DNA from: Octopus sinensis
Lineage: Eukaryota
DNA: 64,000 nucleotides
Assembly (NCBI RefSeq): GCF_006345805.1
Contig: NC_043005.1
Span: 49,476,001 to 49,540,000 of the forward strand
Reading direction: 5' to 3'
This document shows, one piece after another, positions 50,686 through 63,779 of this stretch. The notes below the pieces were generated by a model that worked only from the letters and a program-made list of their open reading frames with translations, did no database searches and had not been told where the DNA came from. The translations under genes were made by a program, and so were the position numbers. Numbering within the stretch: position 1 is the stretch's first letter; each line of letters begins with the position of its first letter.

Positions 50686-51523
50686 GTATGTATGTATGTA
50701 TGTATATATATATGTATGTATGTATGTATGTAAGTATGAGTGTGTGTGTCTTTGTGACTGTGTTTGTTGCTCACCATTTCTTGACAACCAGTGTCAGTGT
50801 GTTTATGTCCCCATAACTTTGTGGTTTGGCAAAAGAGACTGATAGAATAAATACCAGGCTTTAAGAAAAAATAAATGCTGGGGTTGATTCATTTAACTAA
50901 AAACCCTTTGATACGGTGTCCCACCATGGCAGCAGTCTAAATGACTGAAACAAGTAAAAGTTAAAAGATATGTAGGACTACATACATACACTAGCATAGC
51001 CAGAGTGAGTACTGCCTGGGATGGCCTTTCTGTTTGCTGTCCCTGAACCCCACAAAAAACACATATTGCGTATAACAGACCCAAAAGTGGTGCCCCTTTT
51101 AAAGTTCCACCTAGGGCAGACCCCACCCAGTTACACTAGTGCATACATACATACAAAATATGTGTGTGCTTGTGTACATGCATGCATATATGAGTATGGG
51201 GGTGATGTATTGTCTATAATATAATAGAACAATATTCTATTTAAAAACTTCATGAATAACAATACAAATATGTAATTAAATTCCTTTTGTACAGATTCCC
51301 ATTAAACACTGATAGGATATTATGAACAATTTTTATACTTCACTAAAGGGTTGAACAATGAAATAATTCAGGCTTTGGTATTTTCCTTAAAATTTTGACT
51401 TCCAATCCAGCTGATTAACTCATACACCACATAGGTAGATGACCTACACAAACATTTTTCAAAAATACAATAAATACATTTCAGATTATAATTCAAATGC
51501 GCGCACGCACACACACACACACA

Positions 51524-51557
<34 letters not shown>

Positions 51558-52339
51558 GATATATAGAGTAGCATCTCAGTTTTCGAACAACTCTGATTGC
51601 CAATAAATCATGCTTTATATATATACATATATATATATCAAGCAGAATTTAATGGTGATCAGAGGCATTCATAAACTGAGGTACTACTGTATTAAATGAA
51701 TATGAGAAAGATAGGAGATAAAGTACGATTTGTGATCAGAGCTGTTCAAAAACTGAGGAACTCGACTTAGGAAAGAAAACTTCGAATGACCCAACCTTGG
51801 TTTCTTTGTATATTCTATCTGGATGTTTTGTTGTCTCATTTTTGTATCACCTAACTGTCCGGATGTTTTGCGTTCTTGTCCCATTTTGTGTTTATATATA
51901 TATACAGTTGAAAAATATCGTTATAGGTATAAATATAGCATAAACAATTATAGAAAAATGGAGGAGAAAAAGATGTTGCATCAAAATTAGATTTAATACA
52001 AAATAGGATTCTCTTTCATCTCTCTCTATCATTATTACTGTTATTTTTTCCCTTTTACAACTTGCTTGTAAATATCTGATTTTTCCCTATTACCCCTTTT
52101 GTAAAAAAAGTACTGGAGTCAATTAATTCAACTAAAAAATTCTTCAAGGTCGTGCCCTAGCATGGTCACAGTCTAATGACTGAAACAGGTTAAAGATAAA
52201 AGATGAGAGCCTGTACGGTTAAGATGTTTGCTACCCGACCATGTTTTATTTTAATTCTGTCCCAGTGCATGGTACTTTGGTCTTCTACTATAGTCCCAGG
52301 TTAACCAAAGAATTATGAGTAGATTTGGTACAGGGAAGA

Positions 52340-52920
52340 GAAGAGAGAGAAGCAGAGGGATTCTGTCTCTTCCCTTCCCCTCCTGAATTCTTCTGTCCAT
52401 CTGCTTCTACTTCTCTCTCTTTTCTCCCCACGTGACCGATCAGCCTAGCCTGTTTGCTCTTTCTTTCTTGGTCTGACTGTGATCCGTGCAACATTGTTAT
52501 TCTTCCCTGTGATTGTGAAAATCATGTGTCTCTGCCGTAAGGCTTCATTTCCACATACGCACCAGCTTAATTCAATTCGTCCTTAGTTGAAAGACACCTG
52601 TTGTTATATCCTGTTATTATTTTTATTGTATTTTTTATTGTATTTATATTTGTGTAACATTGTCCATTTTTTCTATCCTTGTTTTTGTATAAATTCGCTG
52701 CTTTCTTCCAAGGAATCTAATGCTCTTAGCTTAGTTTTTCCTTTGGGCTGGCCAGATTGGAGCAATCTCAAGAATAATCAGCCGAAATTGCAAGGATAAT
52801 CTGGTGTTTGACTAAAGAAAGAAAACTTCGAATGACCCGTCCTCGTTTTCTTTGTATTGTCTATCTGGATGTTTTGTTGTCCCTTTTTGTATCACCTCAT
52901 TGTCCTGATGTTTTGCATTT
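52340..52920 (+). mobile_element. Non-autonomous Penelope-associated element carrying a second family-2 permuted hammerhead copy
   Basis: 3' portion is clearly homologous to 35764-35985 and 51760-51895; ends in (TA)n; sits between two halves of a family-A SINE. Confidence 0.55.
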
Positions 52921-53437
52921 TATATATATATATATATTATATATATATATATGTATGTATGTATGTATGTATTTATATATATGTGTTTGTGCTTGTCCTC
53001 CCACCATCCCTTGACAACTGATGCTGTGGATTTCAAAACCAGTTTTATGAACTGGTTTTACCTGTTTTACTGCTTCAAGTAATTCCCTTCTGTTCTCACA
53101 AATTGTTCCGACTAAACTGCAGTTTTGTTTTGCAAGCTATAAAGGCGATGCAATTACTGAATATCTAAAATATTGTCACATGAATTTATAAATAAAAGCA
53201 AGTGCAACTTTCAAAAGTTACCCGTGTGTCAATTGATACAAGTGGTTGGTCCATATAGGTAGCATGTGGTTTATCAATTTTACAGTTGGTGCAAACAGCC
53301 TATAATTTATAGTGTATATAGATATCATAAAACTATGAAAAGTCAAGCGCCACAATGTCAAAATCTACAATAGTTTTTGACTTGTGTGCAATTAAGTTTT
53401 GAAAGTGCGTTAATTGATACACTCAGTCCTTCTTGCA

Positions 53438-53558
53438 TTAACAAGAATAGTAATGATAGTGATTTTGAAGTTTCGGCCAATTAAGCCATCATTGGACAGA
53501 CCAAGGATAGCTTAGGTAGTCGAAACTTTAAAGTCACTGTCAATACTATTCTTGTTAA
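53438..53558. repeat. 121-nt hairpin (58-bp arms, 5-nt loop) made of inverted degenerate hammerhead motifs
   Basis: 48 of 58 positions Watson-Crick paired plus 5 G-U on +; + arm reads GACAG-a-CCAAGGA..GAAA-CUUUAAAG-UC-a-CUGUC. Confidence 0.85.
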
Positions 53559-54067
53559 AGAATAATAAATTTGTACACTACCATCAGATTAATGTAAAAT
53601 TATTTTTATTATAACTGAATATACAAACAAAAACATTAATATAACAGTGAGAGGATTTCGAACCTGTCCTCAAATAAAGAGGTTTCAAATGCTGCAGCCC
53701 CATATTACAACAAGGCTTTGACAGCCAGTGAATTTAAGGATTGGATTTCTTTTATGCTGGAACCTAATACCTACAAAAGAATGCACCATTGTAAGGTCAT
53801 CTGGTTTGCACCACCCTTGCTCAGCATCAAGACCTGTGTGGGAATGATCTTCTTTAGATTAATGGATAAGCATTTCACATAATCCCATAGGTACAGTGAG
53901 TATTTAATAGACAACTTAAGAGCCTCATTCAGCTGTGCATGCAGTGTTAACAAGATTTTAGTGAATGTCCCTAAGCCATACACAAAGACAGAATGTTCAT
54001 GTAGGGTTAGCAATGAATGCCTATTGGGGGGGGGGGTCAGTGCAACTCCAAGGCAGTGATCTATGAG

Positions 54068-54888
54068 TCAGAGGTGGCATCTACCATTAACAGCAGCAAT
54101 GGTAGCAATAGGGATGGTGATCAACCACTTCAAAGCCACAACCATGCACATCAGCCATTGAAACCAAGAACTTGTGTCCTGATGAAACAAGACACCAATT
54201 TTCCTGGATGTTTGGTTTTGATAGCCTTTCATAACTGCCTCAGCAAGTTGGCACACTGAATGGATTGTCTCTGTCTCTGGCTCAAAGAGATGAAACCAAC
54301 ACTTGTCCTGAGTTAGGAAACATTCTAAGAAACCAGCTGGATCTGCCTCAAACAATGTCAGATTTTTCCGTGATGTGATAAGTATGGTGCACTTTTGGTC
54401 AAGTGTCAGAAGACTAGGCACCCAATGAGCAGAAACCATTGTCATACCTAATTTGTTGTGCAAAATATTCTCAACTCTCTCACCTGATATGCTAATAATA
54501 TTGGCTATTTGATTTATAGTCAATTGCTTCTCATCCATCACTGTGTGGAAAACAGTCAATGTTTTTGTCAGTGGTGGCAGTTGCAGGATGTCCAGACCCT
54601 GCGTTATTTCCAGGACTCTCTCTTCCCCTCCTAAATTTAGCTGCTCATGTTTATACTGTTGATAAAGCTGGAAGATACTTGATAACCCCACAATGCCAAA
54701 TTTTGTCCATTTTCAAGAGAAGTCACTACTAGTTACTTTTGAAGTTTTCTTTGAACAGTTCGATGTCAGTTTACCTGGAAAGAAACAATCCAGTTATTAA
54801 TAAAGGGTGATGAAATTAATGCATGCAAGATTTCACAGCTCAAGCATCACTCCTTTATAGCCTATGAACTTTTCAGCCCATCCTCGTA
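54068..54888 (-). mobile_element. Degraded mariner element
   Basis: LGMTMVSAHWVPSLLT..FLTQDKCWFHLFEPET (WVPxxL and TxDExW motifs); TIR TA-CGAGGATGGGCTGAAAAGTTCATAG at ~54862-54888. Confidence 0.85.
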
Positions 54889-55599
54889 AATAAATATGTT
54901 CAAACAACAGTATAAATTTATAAAGCCCTAAATTATAATTTAAAAAGAATTTGCAATGCATCTTGATACTTCTTGCAGGGCACCTCTGCAGATCACTGCT
55001 CTACATAGTCTTCGTGTCCTACTATAATTCCATTCAAATCTAGGATGCTTTATATGTATATTAACCCTTTAGCATTCAGATTACTCTGCTTAATCTAATG
55101 CTTATTTATTCACATTTTAGGGCTTTCCTCCCCTATGCATGTGAAAATAGGATCCAATGAGCTCAGTTGAAGAAACCTTTATGGTTCAACAAAGAGGGAA
55201 TCAACTGCAGCTAAGCAATCCTGCAATTGCCTTTCCCTTGCAGAATGCAGAGAGCAAGATGAGCAAGTTAAATATTTTGGTGATCCACTGCATCTGTCTC
55301 CACCCCCAGTTGTCTTGACCTGCTCTTCCTGCTGGATCGAAGATGGCCATGGATGAGAGAGTGAGGTCAACAGTATACAACACTTGTTCACTTTAAACAA
55401 TATCACTGCACAAGTCATCAACAATCCTTAAGAATGACTAGATGGTCCTTGTTGCTTCCAACATGGAATTTTTTGGTTGACACAAAACTGTTTGTAGAAG
55501 ACATTTGCCCAAAAGAAAGTGCTCTGTAGTAGATTCAAACCTGAAGCTACAGAGAGTTCCAGAGCAAACTTGTCTATTACAATATAATGCCAACACCCA

Positions 55600-55659
55600 C
55601 ACTACTACTACTACTACCATAACCACCACCACCACCACCACCACCACTACTACTACTAC

Positions 55660-55691
<32 letters not shown>

Positions 55692-55703
55692 CTGCTGCTG
55701 CTG

Positions 55704-55748
<45 letters not shown>
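55600..55748. repeat. Compound trinucleotide microsatellite (CTA/CCA/TAA/GCT)
   Basis: Visible tandem array. Confidence 0.95.
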
Positions 55749-56305
55749 TATGGCACCTTGGTTCATCTAGCATTGAAACGGTCTTTGTGCATGTGTATAG
55801 AGATTGTAGAACATGTGATGTAAGTGCTATTGAAATAAATGTGTAATTTAGACATTTTAGACATTGTGTTACAAAGGTATTCCTGCAAGAAATAGTAATG
55901 TACACAAAAAAAAAGAAAGAAATTGCGACAGGAGAACAATGAACACCAAAGTGAACCAAACAAAGCAAAAAATGGAATGCGTGTGTGTGTGTGTGTGTTG
56001 TTATTGTTGAATGTGTAATTATTTTATATAATAATAAAAATAATAATAGTTACTAATGATATATACGAGGGGGTGTGCATGTTTGAGAGAAAGAAATTCA
56101 CACAAGCTACAAGAAATAAATTTATAGACAGATATAGAGAGGAGAATATGCAGGTACAGATATAGCAGTATGGAGGTAAGAAATGTGGTTCTCAACATGA
56201 TTTTAGGTTCAGTCCCACTGCACAGCACTTTGAGCAAGTGTCTTCTACCATGGCCCCCAAGGCCTTGCGAGTGGATTTAGTAAACAGAAACAGAAACAAG
56301 CCCAT

Positions 56306-56363
<58 letters not shown>

Positions 56364-56364
<1 letters not shown>

Positions 56365-56745
56365 TAGCAGTATCGCCCGGCGTTGCTCAGGTTTGTAAGG
56401 GAAATAACTATATAAGCATTTTTAGAGATTTATAGCCAAAAAATAGCAAAAAAATGCATTAAAAATGGAAAAAAAAATTATGGTAAATTTTTTTAAATCG
56501 TTGACTCATCGTAGACATTTTTAGAGAGTTACTTCCCTTATATAATAACGAAAAAAATGCATTAAAATGGAAAAAAAATGATGGTAAATTTTTTTAAAAT
56601 CGTAGACTCATCGTAGACGCGCGCTAATACCCAGAAGGGCTCGATATGAATCACGACTATAAGATATCCGGTTTTGGTTAAACTGCACTGCAAAATGTGG
56701 GAGTAGTTAGGAATCTAAATCGTAGGAGACAGACACACAACCTTA

Positions 56746-56760
<15 letters not shown>
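56364..56760 (-). mobile_element. Non-autonomous Helitron, same family as 33633-34135, with internal ~117-bp duplication
   Basis: A-CTAGCAGTATCGCCCGGCGTTGCTC end; body is reverse-complement similar to the 33633 copy. Confidence 0.85.
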
Positions 56761-56788
<28 letters not shown>

Positions 56789-58799
56789 TCATCATCATCA
56801 TCATTTAAGATACTTCATTTCACATTGTTCCAGAACCCAGCTGGCAAAAATGAGTGGTACCTGTAATTCATAGGGCCAGCCTTGTCACATTCTGTGTCAC
56901 ACTGAATCTCCCTGAAAAAACTAGGTTAAATGTATGCGTGTCTGTGGAGTGCTCAACCACTTGGGTATTAATTTCATAAGCAGGCTGTTCTGTTGATTGG
57001 ATCAACTGGAATGCTCATTCTTTATACCATTATCTACTTTGAGACCTGCTGCTAAAACCAACTGGACTAGTGTATTGTGAAATAAAGTGTCTTGTCCATG
57101 GACACAATGCACTGCCAGGAATTGAACACATGACCTTACAATTGCGAGCTGAATACCCTAATCACAAAGCCACATGTCTTCACACACTTACACACATTAC
57201 TACCACTAGGTGGATGGCCTCTTTGATCATCATTTTTACATTTACATTTTCCATGCTAGCATGAACTGGACAAGACTTCTTGTGGTACTATTCTATGGCC
57301 AGATACCTTTTCTAATGTGAAGCATTGCTCATTTTTAGATACGGTACTTCTTTCCACTAGTCTTCACACAATGAAACCACTGAGCTGTAGGACGTTAACA
57401 AATGTACAAATGTCAACATTGCCTGAACAGTATCAATGCAAAGACACTTGGAAATACGCACACACATATGTGCACATGCACATGCACACACATGCATACA
57501 AACACATTGAGACTCCCTTCGGTCATGACTGACTGTGGGATTGCACCTAGAAAGTTACCCTCCCAGGCACAAGTCCGGGCAAGGTTGTTTATGGAAGACC
57601 AGCAGTCGACCATGCATACCAGCCTCCGCTCTCCATGCCACCAGAGTTATCCAAGGGAAAGGAAGAGGGTGATACAGCTTGGCACCTGTGACATCGCAAC
57701 TCATTTCTACAGCTGAGTGAACTGGAGCAATGTGAAATATAGTGTCTTGCTCAAGAACACAACACGCAGCCCGGTCCGGGATTTGAACTTACAACCTAAT
57801 GATCGTAAGCTCGACACTCTAAACCACTGAGCCATGTGCCTTCACAAACACATTATGTATGCATAATTCTTACACCTACTAAGACACTTAGACACACACA
57901 CACACATACATGCAAATGTTATGAATATATGACATATATGTATTATTATATCTAGAAAATATGTTTTCTGATATCAGACAATTAGGGAACCTCTATATGG
58001 TCACACAACTTGCTAGTAATAGCGACCAAATCACCTTCAAATCACAGTCTGCAGTCTGTAATATAGAAAAAAATGGGTTTGTAGTCCTATATACACTTTA
58101 TGTCTGAGTGAAAGTCGGGGTGATAATTACTGGAGTACTTTTGATCGTGATTTTCCTCAATCAAGGATGACTTAAGATTAAACAATGAGAGACCAAAACA
58201 TTCTCAAAAATATTTAGGAATGAGACTAAATATAGCTGTTCTATGGAAGTAGACTTAGGACCCAGTAGGAAAGATATCAGACATTGTCAGATACCTACAT
58301 TTTTTTATTATTATTTTCTGTCTGAATTAAAACAAGCCAATAATTAGGTCGAAATATCCTGCTAATCCTTAACCACTCTCATAAGTTATATTCCTGAGAT
58401 AATAACTTAATCCCATCTCGTTCAAACATTCAAGTGTTTTCTTTACAATGTTTAGCATAGCCTACAGTTAGTCAACAGAGCATTTTTTTCTTGTTTCCTT
58501 GGCAACCATACTTTCTTTATTAATTTTGCGGGAATAAATGAAAATTGATGGCTTCATCAAGGAGATTTAACAAGGAAATATGTAATAAACATATCTAAAA
58601 ATTAAAAAAATAATAATAATGATTTCTTTTATTGAACATAAGGATGATGATGATGATGATGATAATACAATCTTCCATGCCCAAGTAAGTGGTATGACCA
58701 CATTCCACTGGCCTTGGTTGAGAATGAGTGAGTGAGGCTCATGAGGAACACAACCTTCTTTACAAACATGAGTGGGGAACATAATTTTCCTGATATCAG

Positions 58800-59200
58800 C
58801 ATTGTACATAAAGACACATGAATAGGTCATGTTAGATAGCATTGTTCCTGCTGACCAGAATTCTGAGCTCAGTGAGAGAATGAAGGTAGACAAATAACAG
58901 GAATTGATGAGCCAGGTACATGAAAATTGATGAGCCAGGCACATGAAAACAACAGTCAAAATTGTCCCTTTTATTATCAGTGTACTCAGAAGAGTTTCAA
59001 AGGATCCGGATGCAAAACCTGAAATTTTAAGCATCTCAGATATATTAGGGAGTGCACAAATGACTGCAATGCTTGAAATGACTCATGTGTTGAGGAAGGT
59101 GTTGTGTCTCTGAGGTGCGAGCAAGAGCTGAGGTATAATTATGCACAACCTGATCATAAAAGAGAACAACAACACTGATAATAATAATAATAATAATAAT
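58800..59200 (+). mobile_element. RLE-type (R4/Dong-like) non-LTR 3' fragment with (TAA)n tail
   Basis: DSIVPADQN..E..KVDK..VKIVPFIISVL...SAQMTAMLEMTHVLRKVL, then (AAT)n. Confidence 0.7.
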
Positions 59201-59673
59201 AATCCTTCCTACTATAGGCATAAGGCCAGAAATTTTGGGGAAGAGGACAAGTCAATAACATTGACCCTGAAAAGGTGAAAGGCAAAGTCGACCTTGGCAG
59301 GCTTTGAACTCAAGATGTAAGGACAGACGAAATGCTGCTAAGCATTTCACCTGACATGTTATAACAATTCTGCCAGCTCACCTCCTTACTAATGATAATA
59401 ATAATGATGATAATAATAATAATGATAATGATAATAATAATAACAATAATAACAATAACGATGATGATGATTTTTCCATAAGGGCAGCAATTTTTGGGGA
59501 GAGGATGAGTTAATTACATCAACCCCAATTTTCAACTGGTTCTTATTTTACCGACCCTGAAAGGATGAAAAGCAAAGTGGACCTCGGTGGAATTCGAACT
59601 CAGAACAGAGTGACAGGCGAAATACTGCAAAGCATTCTGTCCAGCATGCTAATAATTCTGTCAGCTCACCACC

Positions 59674-59736
<63 letters not shown>

Positions 59737-59748
59737 TATATTATTATT

Positions 59749-59788
<40 letters not shown>

Positions 59789-59810
59789 ATCATCATCATC
59801 ATCATCATCA

Positions 59811-59894
<84 letters not shown>

Positions 59895-60018
59895 TCATCA
59901 TCATATATCATCATCATCATCATCATCATCATCATCTCATCATCATCATCATCATCATCAATCATCATCATCATCAACAACAACAACACAACAACAACAA
60001 CAACACAACAACAACAAC

Positions 60019-60063
<45 letters not shown>

Positions 60064-60078
60064 CACAACAACAACAAC

Positions 60079-60127
<49 letters not shown>

Positions 60128-60140
60128 CAACAACAACAAT
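59674..60140. repeat. Compound trinucleotide microsatellite (TAT)n(CAT)n(CAA)n(AAT)n
   Basis: Visible tandem array. Confidence 0.95.
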
Positions 60141-63029
60141 CCTTTCTACAATTGGCATTAGACCTGAAATTTTAGGTAAGGACTCTAGTCAACTACGTCA
60201 GCACCAGTGCTGAATTGGCCCTCATTTTACTGAACCTACTCCCACAAAAAATAAATAAATAATAATAATAAATAAAAAGTAAAATCAACTTAAATAGAGA
60301 ATTATTTCATATTCTTTCAAAATTTTATAAAACATCAACAATCTATTTTGATATTGTTCATTCAATATGTATGTCTCTTTTGCAGAGCTACAGCTCTCTG
60401 CACTTCCATCTCTGTCCACATTTTTGTTAGAAAGATTGACTCACAGAAGTTCAAACTGAATATCTGCCACATCAATCTAACCAATTTGGAGGGACTATAA
60501 AGTTCTTGGATACTACCTCTTCTCTTCTAACTCATTCATTAAAAAGGGCATACAAATAGCTACATGTTTAAGAAGATTGTTGTTTTGAAACTGCATGGTG
60601 TAAGCACTGTGTGGCACCCTGTACAGGTGTCTGCTACTATAACCTTTGGCCAACCGATGCCTTATGATTGAATTTTATAAATGAAAAACTATGGAAGCTC
60701 ATTTCTCTCTCTTTCTCTCTCTCTCTCACACACACACCACAGACACACACATATATGCATAAACATATTTTATTTGTGAATTAACAATGCTTCCAATGGT
60801 TTCATATGGAAACAATTTCCACAATTTTCAAGTGATTCACTTAAAAATGCTGGTAATCACCTCCATTTTGGTTGAGACTGTATATGTGTGTATGTGTATG
60901 CCTTTGTGTCCTGTGTTTATCACTGCCAACCACTTGACAACTAGTGTTGGTTTGTTTACATCCCCGTAACTTAGCAGTTCAGCCTGTGAGACCAATAGAC
61001 AAAGTGCTAGTAATAAGTACTGGGGTCAATTTGTTTGACTAAATCCTTCAAGGTGGTGCCCCAGCATGGTCATAGTCCAATGACTGAAACAAGTAAAAGA
61101 TAAAAGAATATTGTATGCATATTACCATAAAACTGTATCTTCTTTGTCTTATAAAATTCATGCTATTCCCTTAAATACCAAATTCATAACCATTTACTAT
61201 TAAAGACCCCCCCCACCACCACCACCACCTTTGGTCATGAATGTCCATGGGATTGCACCTAGAAAGTTCCCCACTGAGGCACAAGTCCAGGTAGTGTTGT
61301 TTATGGAACTCCAGCAGTTGCCCATGCATACTAGCCTCTCCCTCTTCATGCCACTGATGTGATCCAACTGCATGGCACCAGTGATGTCACAAACTCATTT
61401 TGTACTGCTGAGTGAACTGGAGCAACACGAAATAAAGTGTCTTGTTCAAAAATGCAACACACAGCTTGGTCTAGGAATTGAACTCACTACCTCATGATTG
61501 TGAGCCCAACATTCTAACACTGAGCCATGCACCTTCCCTATTACTTTCTCCTAAATACTACTCAGTCCTGTCTCAGAAGATGCAATCCAGCAGGATTATT
61601 ATTCTAACATATTTCTTCTATCCAGCCTGGAGTCCTCAATAATTAATAATTTAAAACAAATGTCCCCTAATACCTTTAGGCACTGCACCTCCTCAGATTA
61701 GCAAAATATATTTTGTGTACATTTATGTGTGTATGTATTTTGTGGTGATGGGTCATGCCTCAGCAAAAAAACTTAAACCATTTAAATATTATAAAGAGAT
61801 TAGTGGTTGTACTGTTGCCTCCTCCACCTCATCTTCCTCCTCGTCTTCCTTTGAAGTATACATGTTAATGATAGTGGTTAATAACAGTAGCAGATAGAGA
61901 TTATAATAGGAAGAGTTTGAGGAGAGAAATGCGAGTATTATATAGCAAAGAGAGGCTGTTGACAGTGATGTGTGTGTGTGTGTGTGTGGGTTTGTGTGCG
62001 TGCGTGTGAGTGTACATGCGAGCACACACACACACACACATGAATATATATAGAGGCAGAAAGAGAAAGAGTAAGAGTGTTGTAGAAAAAATACTAATTG
62101 AAAGAATGAGACAAAAGTAAAAAGGAACCATAGAGAGGAGGGCAATGGCAAAAGATGGATGATAGACATAGAAAGGTGGGGGAGGGGGAGGCTCCAAAGA
62201 AAGGTGACATACAAAAGAGTAGGAGAGAGAGAAAGAGAGAGAGAGAGGAGAGAGAAAGGAGGAGAGAAAGGGGGAGAGAGAGGGAGAGAGAGAGATACTG
62301 AGAAGTTGAGTGGTTGAATGTAAAGTATACAGAATCTATGCAAATATGTTAATCAGGTAATTAGCAAGGTGGGACAATGATGAAGAGGTAATAACATTAT
62401 ATGTAAATATATGTGTATTTGAGCATGCGTTTTTACCATGTGTGTATGCAACACTTCTATATATCTGTGTATCTGTATGAGTTTTTATTATGATAATGTT
62501 TCTGAAAGAGAGAACATTAGAAAAGTAGAATATTAGCAAAGGACAGTGGCAGGTGAGAATTGTTGACAGGTAGGCTGACAAAATACTAAGATGCTGACAG
62601 ATTTTATCAAATGATAAGAAGGAATTTACCAGGACCAGGACATTTTCAGTGTAATTTTATGTTCCTTCCTACTGGTCTCTCTTCACAATAGTTACTGTTA
62701 AAACTATATTTCTTCTAACTCGTTCACATAGCTTTAAATCAATCTGTTATGAAAGTCTTGTAATTAATGTTCTAAAATGCATTATTACCTGGAATTAATA
62801 CTCATTAATTAAAGACGTCAACTTTCAAGTGACAAAGACAAATTCCTATAAAATCGGAAGAAAAAATTATTCCTGAATATTTCCAAGCATTTAAGAGCAG
62901 AAAGATAAGTTTATTTTATTAATTAATATTTTGCGTTATTTTCTGATTTTCTGATAAAAAAAAAAGATCCTTGTGAACGTGCCGTATCCTTTCGGATAAT
63001 ACTGGCAAGTTTTGTGTTTGTTTTCCATA

Positions 63030-63779
63030 ATGGAGAGTATGGAGCAAGATAGTCTTGATATAAACAAGTCAATGGACAGCCTTTCAGAAGTGGACCCTTC
63101 AGTTATCTGTTCAACGAATCTCGAAAGTGGAGTTGATCCTGAAAATATTGGTGTTTCTAGAAAGAACGAAAAGGAAGAAGAGAATTTAAAACAAAAAGGC
63201 CAGGGAAATGAGGAAAAAATAGATGAGAGTGACATCAATAAAAGCGAACTGGCCAAAGATGGTGATATTGGTCAAAGTGCTGAATATAAGAAGAGTGGGA
63301 ACCAGTCTCCATGTGAGACTGAAGCCAGTGGTGAAATTACAAAAGTACAATCAGTTGATGATCTATCTTCAAATACTGCAGTAGCCATTGACTCATCAGA
63401 GGTAAAATGTGTGGAGGCAGGTGAGGAGGAAAAGAAAGAAAAAGAGGACGAGGTGGAGAAAGAAACAGAGGGCAAGGAGGAGAAGGAAGAGGAGAGAAAT
63501 GAGAAGAAAATTGAGGAGAGTGGGAAAGGTGAGAAAATGGAAGAAGTGACAGTAGCAGAGGCGAATGAGGAAGGGAGGGATAATCTGAGTGGTGAGCAAG
63601 TGACAGAAGACAGACATCTGTCAGAGGATTCAGTAGAAGCAAAGACCAAAGATAAAGACATCAGCTCTCAACTAGCCGCAGAGCAGTCACCACTGGGCCA
63701 ACCTGCCACTGTTGATTTTGTTACACTTGAAGATGCTCCACGACTGGAAAAACCAATAACATCTATAAAAGAGATGGAG
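63030..63779 (+). CDS. Long coding exon (250 codons) encoding an acidic, Glu/Lys-rich, probably disordered N-terminus; gene continues beyond the window
   Basis: ataATGG start, uninterrupted non-repetitive frame MESMEQDSL...DAPRLEKPITSIKEME, phase-0 donor GAG|GTAAGT at 63780. Family not recognised. Confidence 0.8.

Noticed and set aside
59565-60161. Poly-I/H/N ORF
   Set aside because: SINE plus trinucleotide microsatellite.
63700-63779. Resemblance of PITSIKEME to the start of cytosolic ENGase (GH85)
   Set aside because: Too short to support a gene assignment.
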